Shown here: positions 42,090-55,625 of the stretch, one piece after another | How the letters are laid out: the number at the start of each line of letters is the position of its first letter | How positions within the stretch are numbered: position 1 is the stretch's first letter | Source of the DNA: the human T2T-CHM13v2.0 reference genome, Homo sapiens | NCBI RefSeq assembly: GCF_009914755.1 | Contig: NC_060925.1 | Length of the DNA stretch: 64,000 bases | Reading direction: 5' to 3' (one strand) | Position numbers and translations under genes: made by a program | The notes under the pieces: generated by a model | Told to the model about the DNA's origin: nothing | The model's database searches: none | Seen by the model: the letters and a program-made list of their open reading frames with translations, nothing else

Positions 42090-45000
42090 ATGAGACATCG
42101 GTGTAGCCAAGATAGAATAACAGAGACCAGGTTTATTCTCCTGCCAGAAAAATCAAAAACTGAGCAAAAACCCAATACTTTTCAAGACACTAGATATCAA
42201 GCAATGGAGGGAGTTGAGTTGATCTTTCACCATAATTTTCCACTAACAAAAACCAATTCCGGTATTGCCGGATGCAACAGGCATTATCTTCTTGAAAGAC
42301 TCCATCATCTTCCTGGAAGAGTCCATTATCTTCCTGGAAGATCCAGGTAGTATAGCTATTCCTTCACCACATAGGGTAAGTTGGGTTTTGTGGTCAGCTG
42401 AGCCTCCACTCTTCTCCCAACAGTAATGAGACTTAATAAATAAAGCAGTGCAAATATGGCTGGTCACCACTAGAATTCATTCCTCCCTCTCCTTGTCAGT
42501 TAGGGGATGAATCCTCACCTCAACTGGTATCAATAAAACTAAACAAAGAGTTAAAAATAGGTGCTAGTATACACTTTAATTTCTTCCATCTGTAACTTCA
42601 CTGATATCCAGTTGGGAACAGAATTTCCATATCCACTAGGCAGAAGTGAAAATAAATAAAGTGGTTTGAAGTAGTGTTAGCCACACTCCTGTTTCTGATC
42701 ATAGCTCCCTAACCCCCCAGCATGGCTTGCAGGTTTAACGGATTGCTGAGCATCCATCCGGGAGGTAGAAAGTAGTGGTGGAGACAAGTCTAGTTAACAC
42801 TCTGTTTCTACCAGGTCCTTTTTCTTTGGTGCCAGTGGGACCAAATAGGCAACCGAGCTTCTGCCTACCCTGGACCTGCAGCAAAAAACCAATATGGGTT
42901 TGAGCTCTTCACTTCCATCCTCTACGAAGCAACACAGCCCTTGGCAAGCTGATCTTACACCTCCACTCAGAAGTGAGGTGTTGTGATACTTTTAAAGGGA
43001 AGGTGTCAGCAGGTCAAGAGGGAAGCTAACTGCCATCCCAGCTGTCTGCAGTGAAGCAGCATGAGTCAGTACCTCGTGATTGCAGGAAAGTGTCTATAAG
43101 GTATAGTAGGAAGGTGAATATACATACCTAAATGTCCTTAGAGTTACAGCTAAATAGAGGATTGCTTTCTAAAAAAATGGTTAAATAGGATTGAGAGTAT
43201 CATGTTATAATACCATATAGTTTCAGAGTGCAATTTAAAAATCACTTCTAATTCTAAGAACCAGAAAAATCAAAATGTGAGAAAATATAAGCAATGGATA
43301 CCAACATCGAGATGAATCATATGTCGATATTATCTGACAAGATATTGAAACAGCTTCAATAAGCAATTACAAATTCTTTTTATACAAGTGAAAAAATTAA
43401 AAATCTGCAAATAAATAGGAGTTAGAAGTAGATGGAAATTATAGAACTAAAAGATCTAATAACTGAAAAAAATTACAGAATGGGCTCAATATTAAGATGG
43501 AGATGAAAGGACATAAAAACCAATGAACTGGAGAATAGATGAAGATAATTTACCCAAAGTGAAAAACGAAAAAAAAGTACTTAACCAAAAAAAAGTACTT
43601 AAAATGATCTGTTGGACAATCCCAAATGGCTAAATTGATATCACTGCAGTCACAAAAGGAGAGAAGAGTACTTGAAGTATTTGAAAAGTATTTTAAGAAA
43701 TAATGGCTGAAAACTTCCCTAATTTGCACAGAGGCATAAACCTGCAGTTTCAAAAAGCTGAGCCAATTCCAAATAGGATAAACAAACACATCCATGTAAA
43801 TACGCGTCATAATTAAATTCCTGAAAACTAAGAGCAAAAAAACATATTGAAAGCAGCCATAGGGAAACAACACAGTAATTATGTACTAACACTGATTTGA
43901 ATTACAGCATATTTCTCATTCGAAATCATGGAAGACCAAAAGAAAGTAAAATATTTTATTAAACACTGAGAGAAGTGAACAATGACAGATTTTATATCCA
44001 GCAAAAATATCACTCAGAATTAATGGGAAATAAATACATTCTCAGACAAAGAAAAATTAACAGAATCCATTGCCAGCAAATTTATCCTTAACAAGTGGCT
44101 AAAGGAAGTTCTCTAAGCAGAAAACAAACAGAAACAGAAGAAAGCTCGAAACTTCTAAAACGGAAAAAGAATATCAGAATTCATAAAAATAAAGTAAATA
44201 ATAGATGATCTTCCTTTTCATGAGTTTCTTAAATCATAATTGATGATTGAAGCAAAAATTACAATACCATTTGATGGATGCCCTATGTATGTGGAAGAAA
44301 TACTTAAGACAACTCTTTTTTTAAAAAGTGGAGAGGGTAAAGAAACACAAATGGGACTAAGATTTCTATACTTTGCTCACTCAAAATGCTAAAACATTGA
44401 TAAATAATAGAGTACAACAAATTATGTTTGTATATTGTAGTACCTAAAGCAACCACTAAAACAAACTACCTATAAAATGGCATAACAAGGTACTATAAAT
44501 AAAACAAGATATAATCCTAGAAAATGTTCAGGCTTCCCACAGGGGTCTAAGAAAAAAGAAACAGAAGAACAAGAAACGAAAGAAGCACACAGAAAACAAC
44601 AGATTGCCCGTAGATGTGACTTGAAAAAGGCAACGGAAGAGATCCTTGTGGTGACAGAATTGTTTTTCATCTTGACTGCATCAATGTCATTATTCTGGTT
44701 GTGATATTATTCTATCATTTTTCAAGATGTTACCATTGAGGAAAAATGGGCAAAGGGCACATGAGATCTCTATTATAGCTGCATGTGAATTTGTAGTTAT
44801 TTCAAAGTAAAAAGTTCAATTAAAAATATACAACCACAGTGCGATACTACCACATCCCTATTAGATTGTTTAAAATGAAAGACTGATCCTACCAACTGCT
44901 GGCAATGATTTGGAGTAACTGGAATTCTCATACTGCTGATGAGAATGTAAAATTATGCACTTTGGAAGCAGTATGTTCATTTCCTAAAAATATTTACCCA

Positions 45001-45590
45001 TACACCTGCCACATGATGTAGCCATTCCATACCTAGATGTTTGTCAAGATGTCAAAGCATGTACCCATCCAAACATTTGTTCAAGAATGTTCCAGAAGCT
45101 TTGTTTGTAATATCCAGAAACTCAGTACAATCTAGATATTTTTCAATAAGGGAAATGATAAACAAATTTTGGAATATTCATGCAATAGAATACTGCTCAG
45201 CACTAAACGATAATGAACTATAGATGAATGCAATTACATAAATTGGTCTCAAAATGATTAAACTGAGTGAATGAATACAGATAACAAAGAGTACATACTG
45301 TGTGATTCCATTTATATAAAACTTCAGAAAATGCAACATAATCTATACTGACAAAAAGCAGATTTGTGGTTGCTCAAGAGACTGGGGGGCAGAAGATAAG
45401 AGGGAGGGATTATCCACGGCCACTAAGAATCCCTGGTGGTGATGATATTGATGGAAATGTTCACTATCTTGATTGTGGTGATGGTTTCTCAGGGATACAT
45501 TTATGTAATAACGTATTAGATTATAACTTTAAGAATGTTCAGTTTAATATTTGTTTCAAATTTACCTCAATAAGACAACTTAAAGCAAAA
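42090..45590 (+). mobile_element. Old L1M composite: 5' region, ORF1 relic (~43250-44150) and L1MC/L1ME 3' ends
   Basis: GAAATAATGGCTGAAAACTTCCCTAATTTG, ATTTTATATCCAGCAAAAATATC, GATGTTACCATTGAGGAAAAATGGG and GAGTACATACTGTGTGATTCCATTTATATAAA. Confidence 0.78.
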
Positions 45591-47289
45591 ATATCCCTGT
45601 AAACCCCTTATTTTGGGTTACTTATGAAAGGCAAACAGATGACATACTATTATCTTCACTGTGCAGATTAGGAAATTGGATTACTGTGTTGTGCAGGGTA
45701 AAATTACATATTAACATTTCAAAGTCCACAAGAGATAATCCTCATTTAGGAAACTGGAACCCTTCCTCTTTCTCTCCTCTACACCACAACTTTCACACTC
45801 TGTGCTCAATACAATATATCTATTATATTTTTTTAAGAGACATCAATTTTCCACTGTTACCACTTGTCATGCGAAGTACTGGGTAGATTAAATCTAAAAA
45901 TGTGCTCTGGACCTTTGAAATATTGGATCAAAATAAGCATATGACTTCAGTTTAAGAGCTACATTTTCTTTTCTGACAATTTAAAATATTATGTTACAAT
46001 GGCTGAACATATAAAACAATTGTTAAATATTTAGAACTACTATGATTTCGAACATTTTGAGAGAGAATACTTATATTTACTTAGAGTCTTTCACATGCTA
46101 GGTTTATGCTGGGAACTTTATATATTGTATTTCATTTGACCAACATAGAAATCCGAAGTAGATATTGTTATTTACTATGAAATCTGGAAAGAGACAGATT
46201 AAGAAATTCAGTCAAGTTAATGAGGATACAGGGAGATTTCTCTTTTTAATTTTCAAGGGGGCTTTTAAAATCAGAATTTATCTATTCTGTCAATAGATTT
46301 CTGTCTTGTCAATAGTTTCCTGTGAATTCTGCATATACATAGACAGTCCACAGCATATATATATATATAAAATATCCAATTTAAATGATATCTGTGTAAT
46401 CTTTGTAATGATATCTATGAATTTTCTTCATTTAAAAACATTTAATATCCAAACTTATTTAATCACTTATAATGTAGAAAATAAAATAATAGGTTTAATA
46501 GTAAATTACAGTGCTTATAAAGACATTGGAAAGACAGGTTAAAATAAAAAAGTCAGGTGTCTTCCTTTCATATTTCAAACATTTAACTTTATAAATCATA
46601 AAATTATAGAGGACAAATAGAAAATCATGTAGGTTGATGAAAGTATATCTCTCTAACGTCATCTCATCTAACACGAGGAGTGAGACAGAAAAGAAGAGGA
46701 TACCAGTTCCTTGAAATCATCACATGATTTCTGTGAAAGAGTGAGAGGTCACGTTTGTTGTCGCTCACAGTCCACAGCTTACTTCTGTGGAGATTCCTTT
46801 GAGGTTCCCTTAATGCAGGAAAATGTTACCCAGGTTGGAATATTGTCTTTGTAGTTCTAAATAGCAGGAAGTAACTCAAATCATTTTTGAAGGTTTTAAA
46901 GCTTTTATCTCAAAACTCCACAATTTAGAGCTACAGAAAAAAAAAAAAAAGAAAAAAAAGAAAAAAATAACTTTGGGAGCTGTTGTGTTTTTACAGTTCC
47001 CGTAGGCTTCATCATACCATTAGGAAGGTTTTATTACAAATGTTTCATTATGGAACCAAAACAAAACCACAACTCTCAGTTGGTTCTTGTGGTGTCTGGA
47101 TTTTCTCTCAAATTGAAATTGGAATGAGAATGAAATATTGAATGCCATACAAAATGGCAAACAATGGAAAATTGTATTCTTTCTAAACTAATTTGTATTT
47201 TGAAATTTTTCTAACCAAATCTGATGTCTCCATCTCTGTATTAGTTGACAATACAAATACAATATTAAAATTATATATCTGACTATGGG

Positions 47290-48985
47290 GCACTGTGGGA
47301 GGGCCAACCCTGAAGAATGGAGTAAGAGGTACGAGTGAGTAAAAGAAAGTTTCTTAAAGGAATAGACAGGCGATTCTTAAGGATTAATAGGCATTACCTA
47401 CATTCCCAAAGGAGGGAAATGTACCCCAAACAAAAGAAGAAAAAAAGGCCAATGAAATTCAAGACATTGGTAAGATATTAGAAATGTGCAGCAGAATTAG
47501 AGATTGGAGTGAATGTGAGTGCTGGGGGAGGACAATAGAAAAAGTATGAGACAATATTTTGAAGACATTTAAATATTAATAGTTCATTGAAGGACTTTCA
47601 GCAGGAAATTAACTTGGCCAGCTGTGTTTTTAGAAAAAAACAAAGATATTTTTGAGGGGCACATTGGAAGCAAAGAGACCAGACAAGTTCTGAAAATATT
47701 TCAAGAAAGAGTGAGTGTTGTAACTAAAATCATGCAGATGGGGAGGAGGAAGAGTTTAAGAAGCAGAATGCATGTGACTTGATGACCCTGGATGAACAGG
47801 GGCAGAGAAAAAGGCAGTGTAGAACGATTTCCTAGGTGACTGAATAAATAGACAGATCATCATGGTGGAGATGAAGGCAAATTCTGAAGATTTGGGGAGA
47901 GGTTAAGGAGCTAATGTGTGGACATTTAGAATATGGTGTCTGTGTGCGCATAAGAACATGTCTGGTTGGTACTTGTATTAGTCAGAGTTCTCCAGAGAAA
48001 AAGAACCAAAGGAATATATAGAGAGACAGATAGATGACAGGGTATTTATTAGAAGAATTGGCTTATGTGATTACGGAGGCTGAGAGGTCCCATGACAGAG
48101 TTGGGGATGCTGATAGTGTGGTTCATTTCAAATCCAAAAGCCTCAGAACTAGGGAAGCAGATGCTGTAACTCAGTCCAAGGCAGCACGCCTGAGAAACCT
48201 GGGGGATGGCTGCTGTGAGTCTTGAAGTCCAAAGGCCTGAGAGCCTAAAGTTGTGATGTCCAAGGTCAGGAAAAGGAGGGTGTCCCAGCTCCAGGAGAGA
48301 AAGGGAGCAAATTCACCTTTCTTCTGCCTTTTTGTTCTATGCCGGACCCCAGCTGGTTAGATAGTGCTCTCCCACATTGAGGGTGAATCTTCCCCGCTCA
48401 GTCCTTGACTCACACACCAATCTCCTCTGGAAATGTCCTCACAGACACACCTTAAAATAATGCTTCACTAGCTATCTAGATATTCCTTAATCCAGTCAAG
48501 TTGAACCTAAAGTTGACCATCACAGTACTGAATATAGGGCATGGTATGATAGGAAATGGGATAAAGTGGTGAAAATAAGAAAAACAAAATGGAATAGACA
48601 TACTCTTACCCTTATGGGTTTTTCTATCTATGGGAAAAGAGTAAACAATTGTAGGAATTGGTTTTAATTAGTGCTATTGTTGCATGGAAGAGGCTGGAAG
48701 AATACGTAGTGATAGCTTCTAACAGGTAGATTTAACCTAGTTTGGAGCACAGGGTCTCTTTGCCATGAAAGTTATACTTAATTTGGCCCTGGAGTTGAGT
48801 GGAGGTTGGCAAGGTGATTATATGCAGCAGCGGAAGCACAGAAGTAGAAGAACTTTTAACGTATTTGCAAAATAAAGCTGGAGAAGCTAATCAATCTGAC
48901 CTTAGAGAAAAGTGTACTACATTCTCTGAGCTATAAGATCTATAAATTTTGAGGGATTTTAAATAGAGAGTGACATGATATGGAG
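47290..48985 (-). mobile_element. L2 fragments flanking an MLT2 LTR
   Basis: Purine-rich reverse L2 motifs GAAGCAAAGAGACCAG, CATTGAAGGACTTTCAGCAG and AGAGTGACATGAT. Confidence 0.5.
47974..48524 (-). mobile_element. MLT2B-type (ERVL) solo LTR
   Basis: TGTATTAGTCAGAGTTCTCCAGAGAAA...CCAGTCAAGTTGA...ACCATCACA, with a perfect 5-bp TSD, GTACT. Confidence 0.9.
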
Positions 48986-51900
48986 GACTAGAGCTCAGAA
49001 ACATTAAGTCATGGGGATATTGGTAGGATTCAATTTTTAGAAAATATTTCCAAAAGATTAAGGCAAGAGTCTCTTTTTTATGTCAGAAAGTAATATGATG
49101 ATCTAATTTGTCCTGTTATGTAATGCTATGAGATAATAACATATTTGAAGGGGACTATTAATAATAATATTAATATGAATATTAATAGCAGATATTAATA
49201 GTAATGACTTAATATTTATTAAATATTGCAAATCATTTTTGAATCGTTGTCCTGCTATTTAACTGTGACAAGTTAATTGTCTAAATTCTTTCACCTATTT
49301 AAGTTTGGCTGTTATTTTTACTTTCAAAGTGGGGATATTAACAGTAACTTTACTGTTAATATATGCTTGCTATGAAGTTACACACTATAAAAGATAAACG
49401 GTATTTATATTAGTGACTGCCACACAGGAAGTGCTCAGTAAATGTTACCTATTTTTAGTATTATTAATATACTCATCACCCTCATAGATGTTTACACATT
49501 AGACTATTACAATTTTATATCACCTTAATGTAAACTATTTTATTATACCACGTCTTAACTTGAAAGAAGCTAGGAAGCAGAATTGTAGGTATTGGTAAGA
49601 ATATGGAGAGATATTAATCATTTTCCTCTTGTGCTTGACACAAGGCTTGGCATGTGTAGTCATACACAGCTCATGGTTTAAGTGAAATCCACAGCCAAAG
49701 ATAAGCCAAGGAGAGCTTACTCATGGCAGGATTACAGCACGGAGACAAGATTATTGACTCCACATTGACACCTGGCTCTCTACAGCAGTGCCCTTAACAT
49801 TTATTACTGGAAATACTCCTTATTGTTACTGGTAGATAGTATAAAAGGTATGGGTGGATTTCTACTTTAAGTCATAGGGAACAGAAAGGCTTAAGGAGAG
49901 GAATACACTAAGTATATCAATATAACCCATCAGCGGCCATATATATATTTCATATTAATTTATACAAGAATCTCTCAAGGTAAAAATTATCATCTTTCGT
50001 AACTACTCCTGATGAATGAGTCTTAGAAAGGATTAAAGACTTCCCCAATATCTCACCACTTGTAATCACAAGACACCAGGTTGCAATCCAGTTTCTAAAG
50101 CCTCTTAGTGATGCACACATGTTCCAAGCCCCTTTCATTTCTGATTTTCACTGGTCCCCACCCTCTCTAGGCTCCTTTTCCATAATACATTATCATAAAC
50201 TTAGTGCTATCTTGATTTCCACATGCTTTTTCTTGCTACCACTATCATAAGAGTATGTGTGTGTGTGTCTGTGTGTATTGGAGGGGGACACATTTTTACT
50301 AAATTTCAAAGATTTGCAGTTGTTTCAATAAATATATTAGAGTTATACCACTTTCAAAAGTTCCTCAGCCATTCCTCAACCAGAAACTTGTCACGAAGTT
50401 ATCATTCACATTGATCCCAAATAGAATTGGGCTCCTTCCTCTTCTTTCTCAGTCTCACCTTCTAGTACCTCCCCTAACGCCAGTTTCCCAAATCCTTCTG
50501 ACACTGGGGGATTCAGCCTTGGGTTTTTTCTTTTCTTTCCCCCAGAATATTGAAACCATTTCCACAATGTTTTAAAGTTTGATTCCCAAGAAAAATTTGT
50601 CTTTTCCTCTTTGAAATATATATATAAAGCATTTAACCAAATCTCTGACACAGAGTAAGAGCCTGATTCTCAGTGGCTTTAAAACTACAGGGAAAAAAAA
50701 AAACAACTTGAGGATATTGACCTCATTTAGGCGAAGGGGATACTCAGAGAATATGGTCAAAGAGTATGTATGTGATGATGGAGGCTATGCATAATTCCAA
50801 TCTTTCCATCTCTATCTCAACCCTTTTTTTCTCCCATGTAAGAATATGTTAAAACGGTGATAATGACTGTGTTTAAGGGACAAGTTTCAAGTAGCTCTGG
50901 CTTATGTTTTAAAAAGTTGATGTGGAAAATTGAAGGTAGTGTTTTGTGCACATTTATGAGAGATTCTAAAGCCTGATACTTAAATACTGCTTTGAATTGT
51001 AGAGACAATTTTCACATCTTTTTCCATGTGTGAACATTGGTCATTATTTTCTTCAGTTCATGTTAATATTAAGTTTTAAAGGTGATAGAGAAAAGGAACA
51101 GGAGAATAGTCTGGCTTCTGGCTAAATGATCACTTCTCCACCTAATGTGGGTCCAGTGGGGATGGAGGGGAGTAGATTGTTGCCATTTTTAAATGAGATA
51201 ATTTGTAGAAGTGCTTGACATCATCTTTATTTTAGAAAGAGTTTAACAGATGATATTTTGATTCCAATTTTGGAGTGGCTCCTTATTTAAAGAGTAGGGT
51301 TAATGCTGTGCTGAGTGTTCACATGGATGTATGAGAAAACTGCTGCTAAACAATAGATTAAAGGTTGGACTCAACATTTTACATTTTTAAAGGGTTGCCA
51401 AAGGGAAAGTCTATAAAGTAAGAGCATAACCCCTAAGAACAAAACAAATTTACAATACCTCTTCTAAATCTAGCAGTGCAACACAAGAAGAAAGTGGGGA
51501 GAAAGGAAAAGAGAAAGAAGGTAGGGAGAAATAAGTAGTTAGGAAAATCTTTTGAACAGAGTAGTTGAGGGGGCAGTCATCTTTCAGCTGAATCTTTGAA
51601 CAACGGATAGAAATTGATAGGAAATGGACAACAGAGAAAACAATGATGTTTCAGCAGAAAAGAGTAATAAGAGTGGAGACATGGATACTGGAATTAACAT
51701 GGATACTCAGGAGGCCAAATGGAGTCAGTATAAGAGAAATGTTAAATAAATGTTTGGATTCACATTTACTTTGTACTCTGTGCCATAAACAATATCTTTT
51801 TTCTCCCCGCAACCCATAGATAATGTTGAAATACTTCATGCCTTCTGAGATAGTTTTTAGAAGGAATTGTCCAAGAGGAACTAATTGTAGAATGACCTAA

Positions 51901-52959
51901 CTAAATCTTCTAGTTTTCTTTTCTTCAATGGCCCTGCGTAGGTCATGAGTACTTGAGGATTCACTTTTTCTATAAATTCACTACAACCCAACCTTGCCAC
52001 TTTCAATAGTTTCTTAACACTGACATTGTGGGATGATGACCACTTGTGGAATTCTGGTTGAGAGATAAAATGGCCTTCATAAGCACACTTCAGGTTAATC
52101 AGACTTAAGGATATTTAATGTTTCCCTTGATACTGTCTACCAAACAAAGTACATTTATATGCATTCTAGAATGTCTTTCTGTAGCTGAAATAACACCTAC
52201 ATAAAGGTTCTGCTATTAATGAAATATGTAAAAAATATCCCAGAAAATACTAACATTAAAGAGGTATAAAATATAGGCTTTTCTAGTACATCGACCTAGT
52301 ATGTTCCTGTTACAAGTCTTCCTATTACTTAAACAGCTGAACTGGCAGCTTTAAGACCCTTTAAAAGTTAATAGTGCAATTTCAATGAGACTCTAAAGTC
52401 CATATGTGCTTTAATGGATGTTTTAATTACAGTATTTTATACCTGTTTCTATATGTGTCTAGAATTATATGTTTATAACCATCCATATAAGTTACATTAT
52501 TATAAATTTTTATATTTAACTTTTTGTAACTGAAATAGCATTATGTTTCACTTTTGTTATTTTTCAGGATATCTGTAATGTTTTCAGTTGTACAATATAC
52601 AATATTTTCACAGGTTTCAGTGCTCACAGAGTTGCCTCAAACTGTGAAAAAAGGAACTTGATAAATCTTTCCAAATAAGACGATCACTTCATTTCTTTCC
52701 TTCATGAACTTGTGCTTTCTTTGTAGTGTATTTTGGCTTGAAATAAATTTTTTTAAAAAACCACAGAAATAGATTTTAAAGATGTCCTGGCCATTTTATC
52801 TGGGTTTCTCAACAAATACTCATTCAGTATCAACTGCTTATATGCATACCTTATTGACTCTAACTTTAAAAGTTCTTTGATATTATGGATCAATAGTCTA
52901 TATGTTTTTGAATTTTGTATTTTTACAGAGTTTTAAACAGAAAATATAGTATTAAAAGT

Positions 52960-53353
52960 TGAATGGTTTGGATTTGTGTCCCCACCCAAATCTCATGTTT
53001 AATTGTAATCCTCAGTGTTGGAGAAGGGGCCTGATAGGAGGTGATTGAATCAGCTATCATGAGACTAGCAGATTTCCCCCTTGCTAGTCTCATGATAATG
53101 AGTGAGTTCTCATGAGATCTGGTTGTTTAAAAGTGTGTAGCACGTCCCCCTTCTTTTTAATTCCTCTTTCTCTAGCCATGTAAGACATGCCTGCTTCCCC
53201 TTTGCCTTCCACCATGATTGTGAGTTTCTTGAGGCCTCCTTAGTCATGCTTCTTGTACAGCCTGTGGAACCACATGCCAATTAAAGCTCTTTTCTTTATA
53301 AATTACCCAGTCTCAGTTATTTCTTTATAGCAGTGTGAGAACAGACTGATACA
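52960..53353 (+). mobile_element. MST (MaLR) solo LTR
   Basis: TGAATGGTTTGGATTTGTGTCCCCACCCAAATCTCATG...ACAGACTGATACA, with a perfect 5-bp TSD, AAAGT. Confidence 0.93.
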
Positions 53354-54577
53354 AAAGTATATGGAAAATTTATAAGCAATACCTTGTTGCATTTCTTCCT
53401 CCCTCCTTTCCTCTTTTCCTTTATTACTCTTTCTTCTTTTCTTTTATCCAGCCTCCATTCCTTTTCTTTCCTTCTTAGCTTAAAATAACAGTTAATAAAA
53501 TTGACCCTTTATTCTTTAGATTTTGTTTGTTTATCTACATACATAGAGGTTAAATCAAGCTACTTAGTGGCCGAATATCTGATTCAATCTTCAGAAAATT
53601 TGAACCTTACTATCACCATATAATAATAGATAGAAGAATAGAGTATTAGTGTTAAGGCCTGTAAAATAAAATGTATATTTTAAAAAGATAGGCTCAGTCA
53701 ATAAATTCTGATCAGGATTTTCATTATCAAAGATATTTAATAAGTAATGATCTGAAGTGAATATAATGATAGGCATTGTGCACTGGGAAAGCTCCAGCAC
53801 AAAAACTTTTTCAAGTAGTTTAACTACATATAAGTAAATACTCTAAGCACACTTTGTCAAATACTGCATTATGAAATTGTATGAAATATAAAATATGTAT
53901 GAAATATAAAATATAGGGTAAAATATATCTTTTTAGTCACATATATCAAGGGCTAGAAAGAATCTCCATTTAGAGAGAAACCAGAAAGTGAGATGATGGA
54001 GATAATGGGGAGAATAGAACATGTTCATTAGATGTTGAAGGTAAATACTTGACATACTTTTGGAACCTGATTTGTAGAGTGTGAAACAGTAAAAACATAA
54101 AAATTTGTTTAAGTTATGCCAACTTGGAATCTGAAAGTCAAGATTTAAATCCTGTTATGACTGAAACCAGATCTGTATTTGGTTGAGTATATCATTCTCT
54201 AAGAGATTTTTTTTTTAAAAAAAGAACAACTCAAACTTATAGCAATAAAAATGATAATAGTTCTAATTCTTCAGAAAGCATCTGGCTCTGGGCTCTATTT
54301 CCTGAGAAGTTATGTAACTGTTGTATAATACATCAGTATGCCAAGGCAGAGAAGGCAGAGGAGAGTGCTGGAAAATGGAGAAGGTGCTGATTTAAGCTTT
54401 ATCAGCTTCTAAGGATTGTTTGGCCTGCTGTTCTGGTTCCTTCCTCAGGAAGCCAAGATTTGCATGGCTGCTTCTGGATGAGTCATCAGTTTGGGCTCAC
54501 TAAGCTCAGCTGTGGCCTGGTAGGGAAGGATCCTATGTCAGGAAATCTGGGATATTTACTGACACTCATGCATGTCT

Positions 54578-54745
54578 GTAGCTAGTAAGCACAACTGATT
54601 TGAATCTACATGAAATGAGGCTGAGGTCAGGGGTTTGATCTCTGTTGGGCCAGTTGGCTTTTTTTGACATAGTGATCACAGACTGTATCTCACCCTGACC
54701 AGCCAAGTGTCTTGCACATATGAGCTACTCATGAGAGAATGGACA
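54578..54745 (+). mobile_element. Ancient tRNA-derived SINE (MamSINE1-like)
   Basis: AATGAGGCTGAGGTCAGGGGTTTGATCTCTGTTGGGCCAGTTGGCTT (degenerate B-box/T-arm), followed by CACAGACTGTA..CCCTGACCAGCC..GTCTTGCACAT. Confidence 0.65.
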
Positions 54746-55149
54746 AGTTCCTATGTATGTACTAACCTCAAAAAAAATTCCTTCTCTTAGAAAAACAACT
54801 CAAGCATATTGTCGTCACTTATTAGCACCAACTTCATTTATTAGGTGAATTTGATTGTTAGAAAATTCAATGGATTTTTGAGATGGATTTCTGGTTTGCA
54901 ATGAAATAAATATTCTTCAAATAATGTTGTTAATAATACTTTATTCACATAGACTCTCCTTTAAATTAAATAAAATTAGAGTATTAAAATGACAAAATAT
55001 TAGCCTTCAAAATTATAGGTGACCATTAGGAATAGTTTAGACACCTTGCAGAATTCTAATGCTGGTGAAGTTCCATTACTGAAATATACTAAAAAATATA
55101 TATTTATCTCAGGTGAGCTTATGTAGTGTATACATGTTGTGTAAATAAT

Positions 55150-55625
55150 GCTTGTATTTTGCTTTGGGAAACCACCTCTACCTCACTCTTAATCCATGTA
55201 GGATGACCTCACTTTTGAGACCTAGAAGTAACCTCAGTATTCATGCCTTGGTACTGAAATTTAACTAGTGACATTTTTGGTAACTATTGTACAAGAGAGA
55301 TTTTCCTCTGCCTTGATGAATTAGGTAGGAAGATGAAAGTTGGGCACTGTTAGGGTCATTAGAAGGAAAGGACCTAACTGAAAATAAGGCTAACCTGGAG
55401 AAAAACAAGGGCATGGGATGCAGGTGGGGTTGGGTGGTGGTGGTAGACAAAAAACCAAAACAAAAAACAGAGTCTTCATGACATTTTTGATACAACCATA
55501 TGTGAAGGTAAACTTTGGGACTTCAGAGATTTATAAAGTCAATAAATCCCACTTCCTTTCTGGGGGCTTTGAATCAATGTTATTGTATTTCTACAACTTG
55601 CAAATGTAAAATTCCTGGCTAATAG
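55150..55625 (+). mobile_element. Old MLT1 (MaLR) LTR
   Basis: GGGAAACCACCTCTACCTCACTCT..., GGACTTCAG...GTCAATAAATCCC...ACTTGCAA...TCCTGGCTAATA. Confidence 0.6.

Noticed and set aside
54578-54660. tRNA gene
   Set aside because: A cloverleaf cannot be formed and the A/B boxes are degenerate; a SINE head explains it better.
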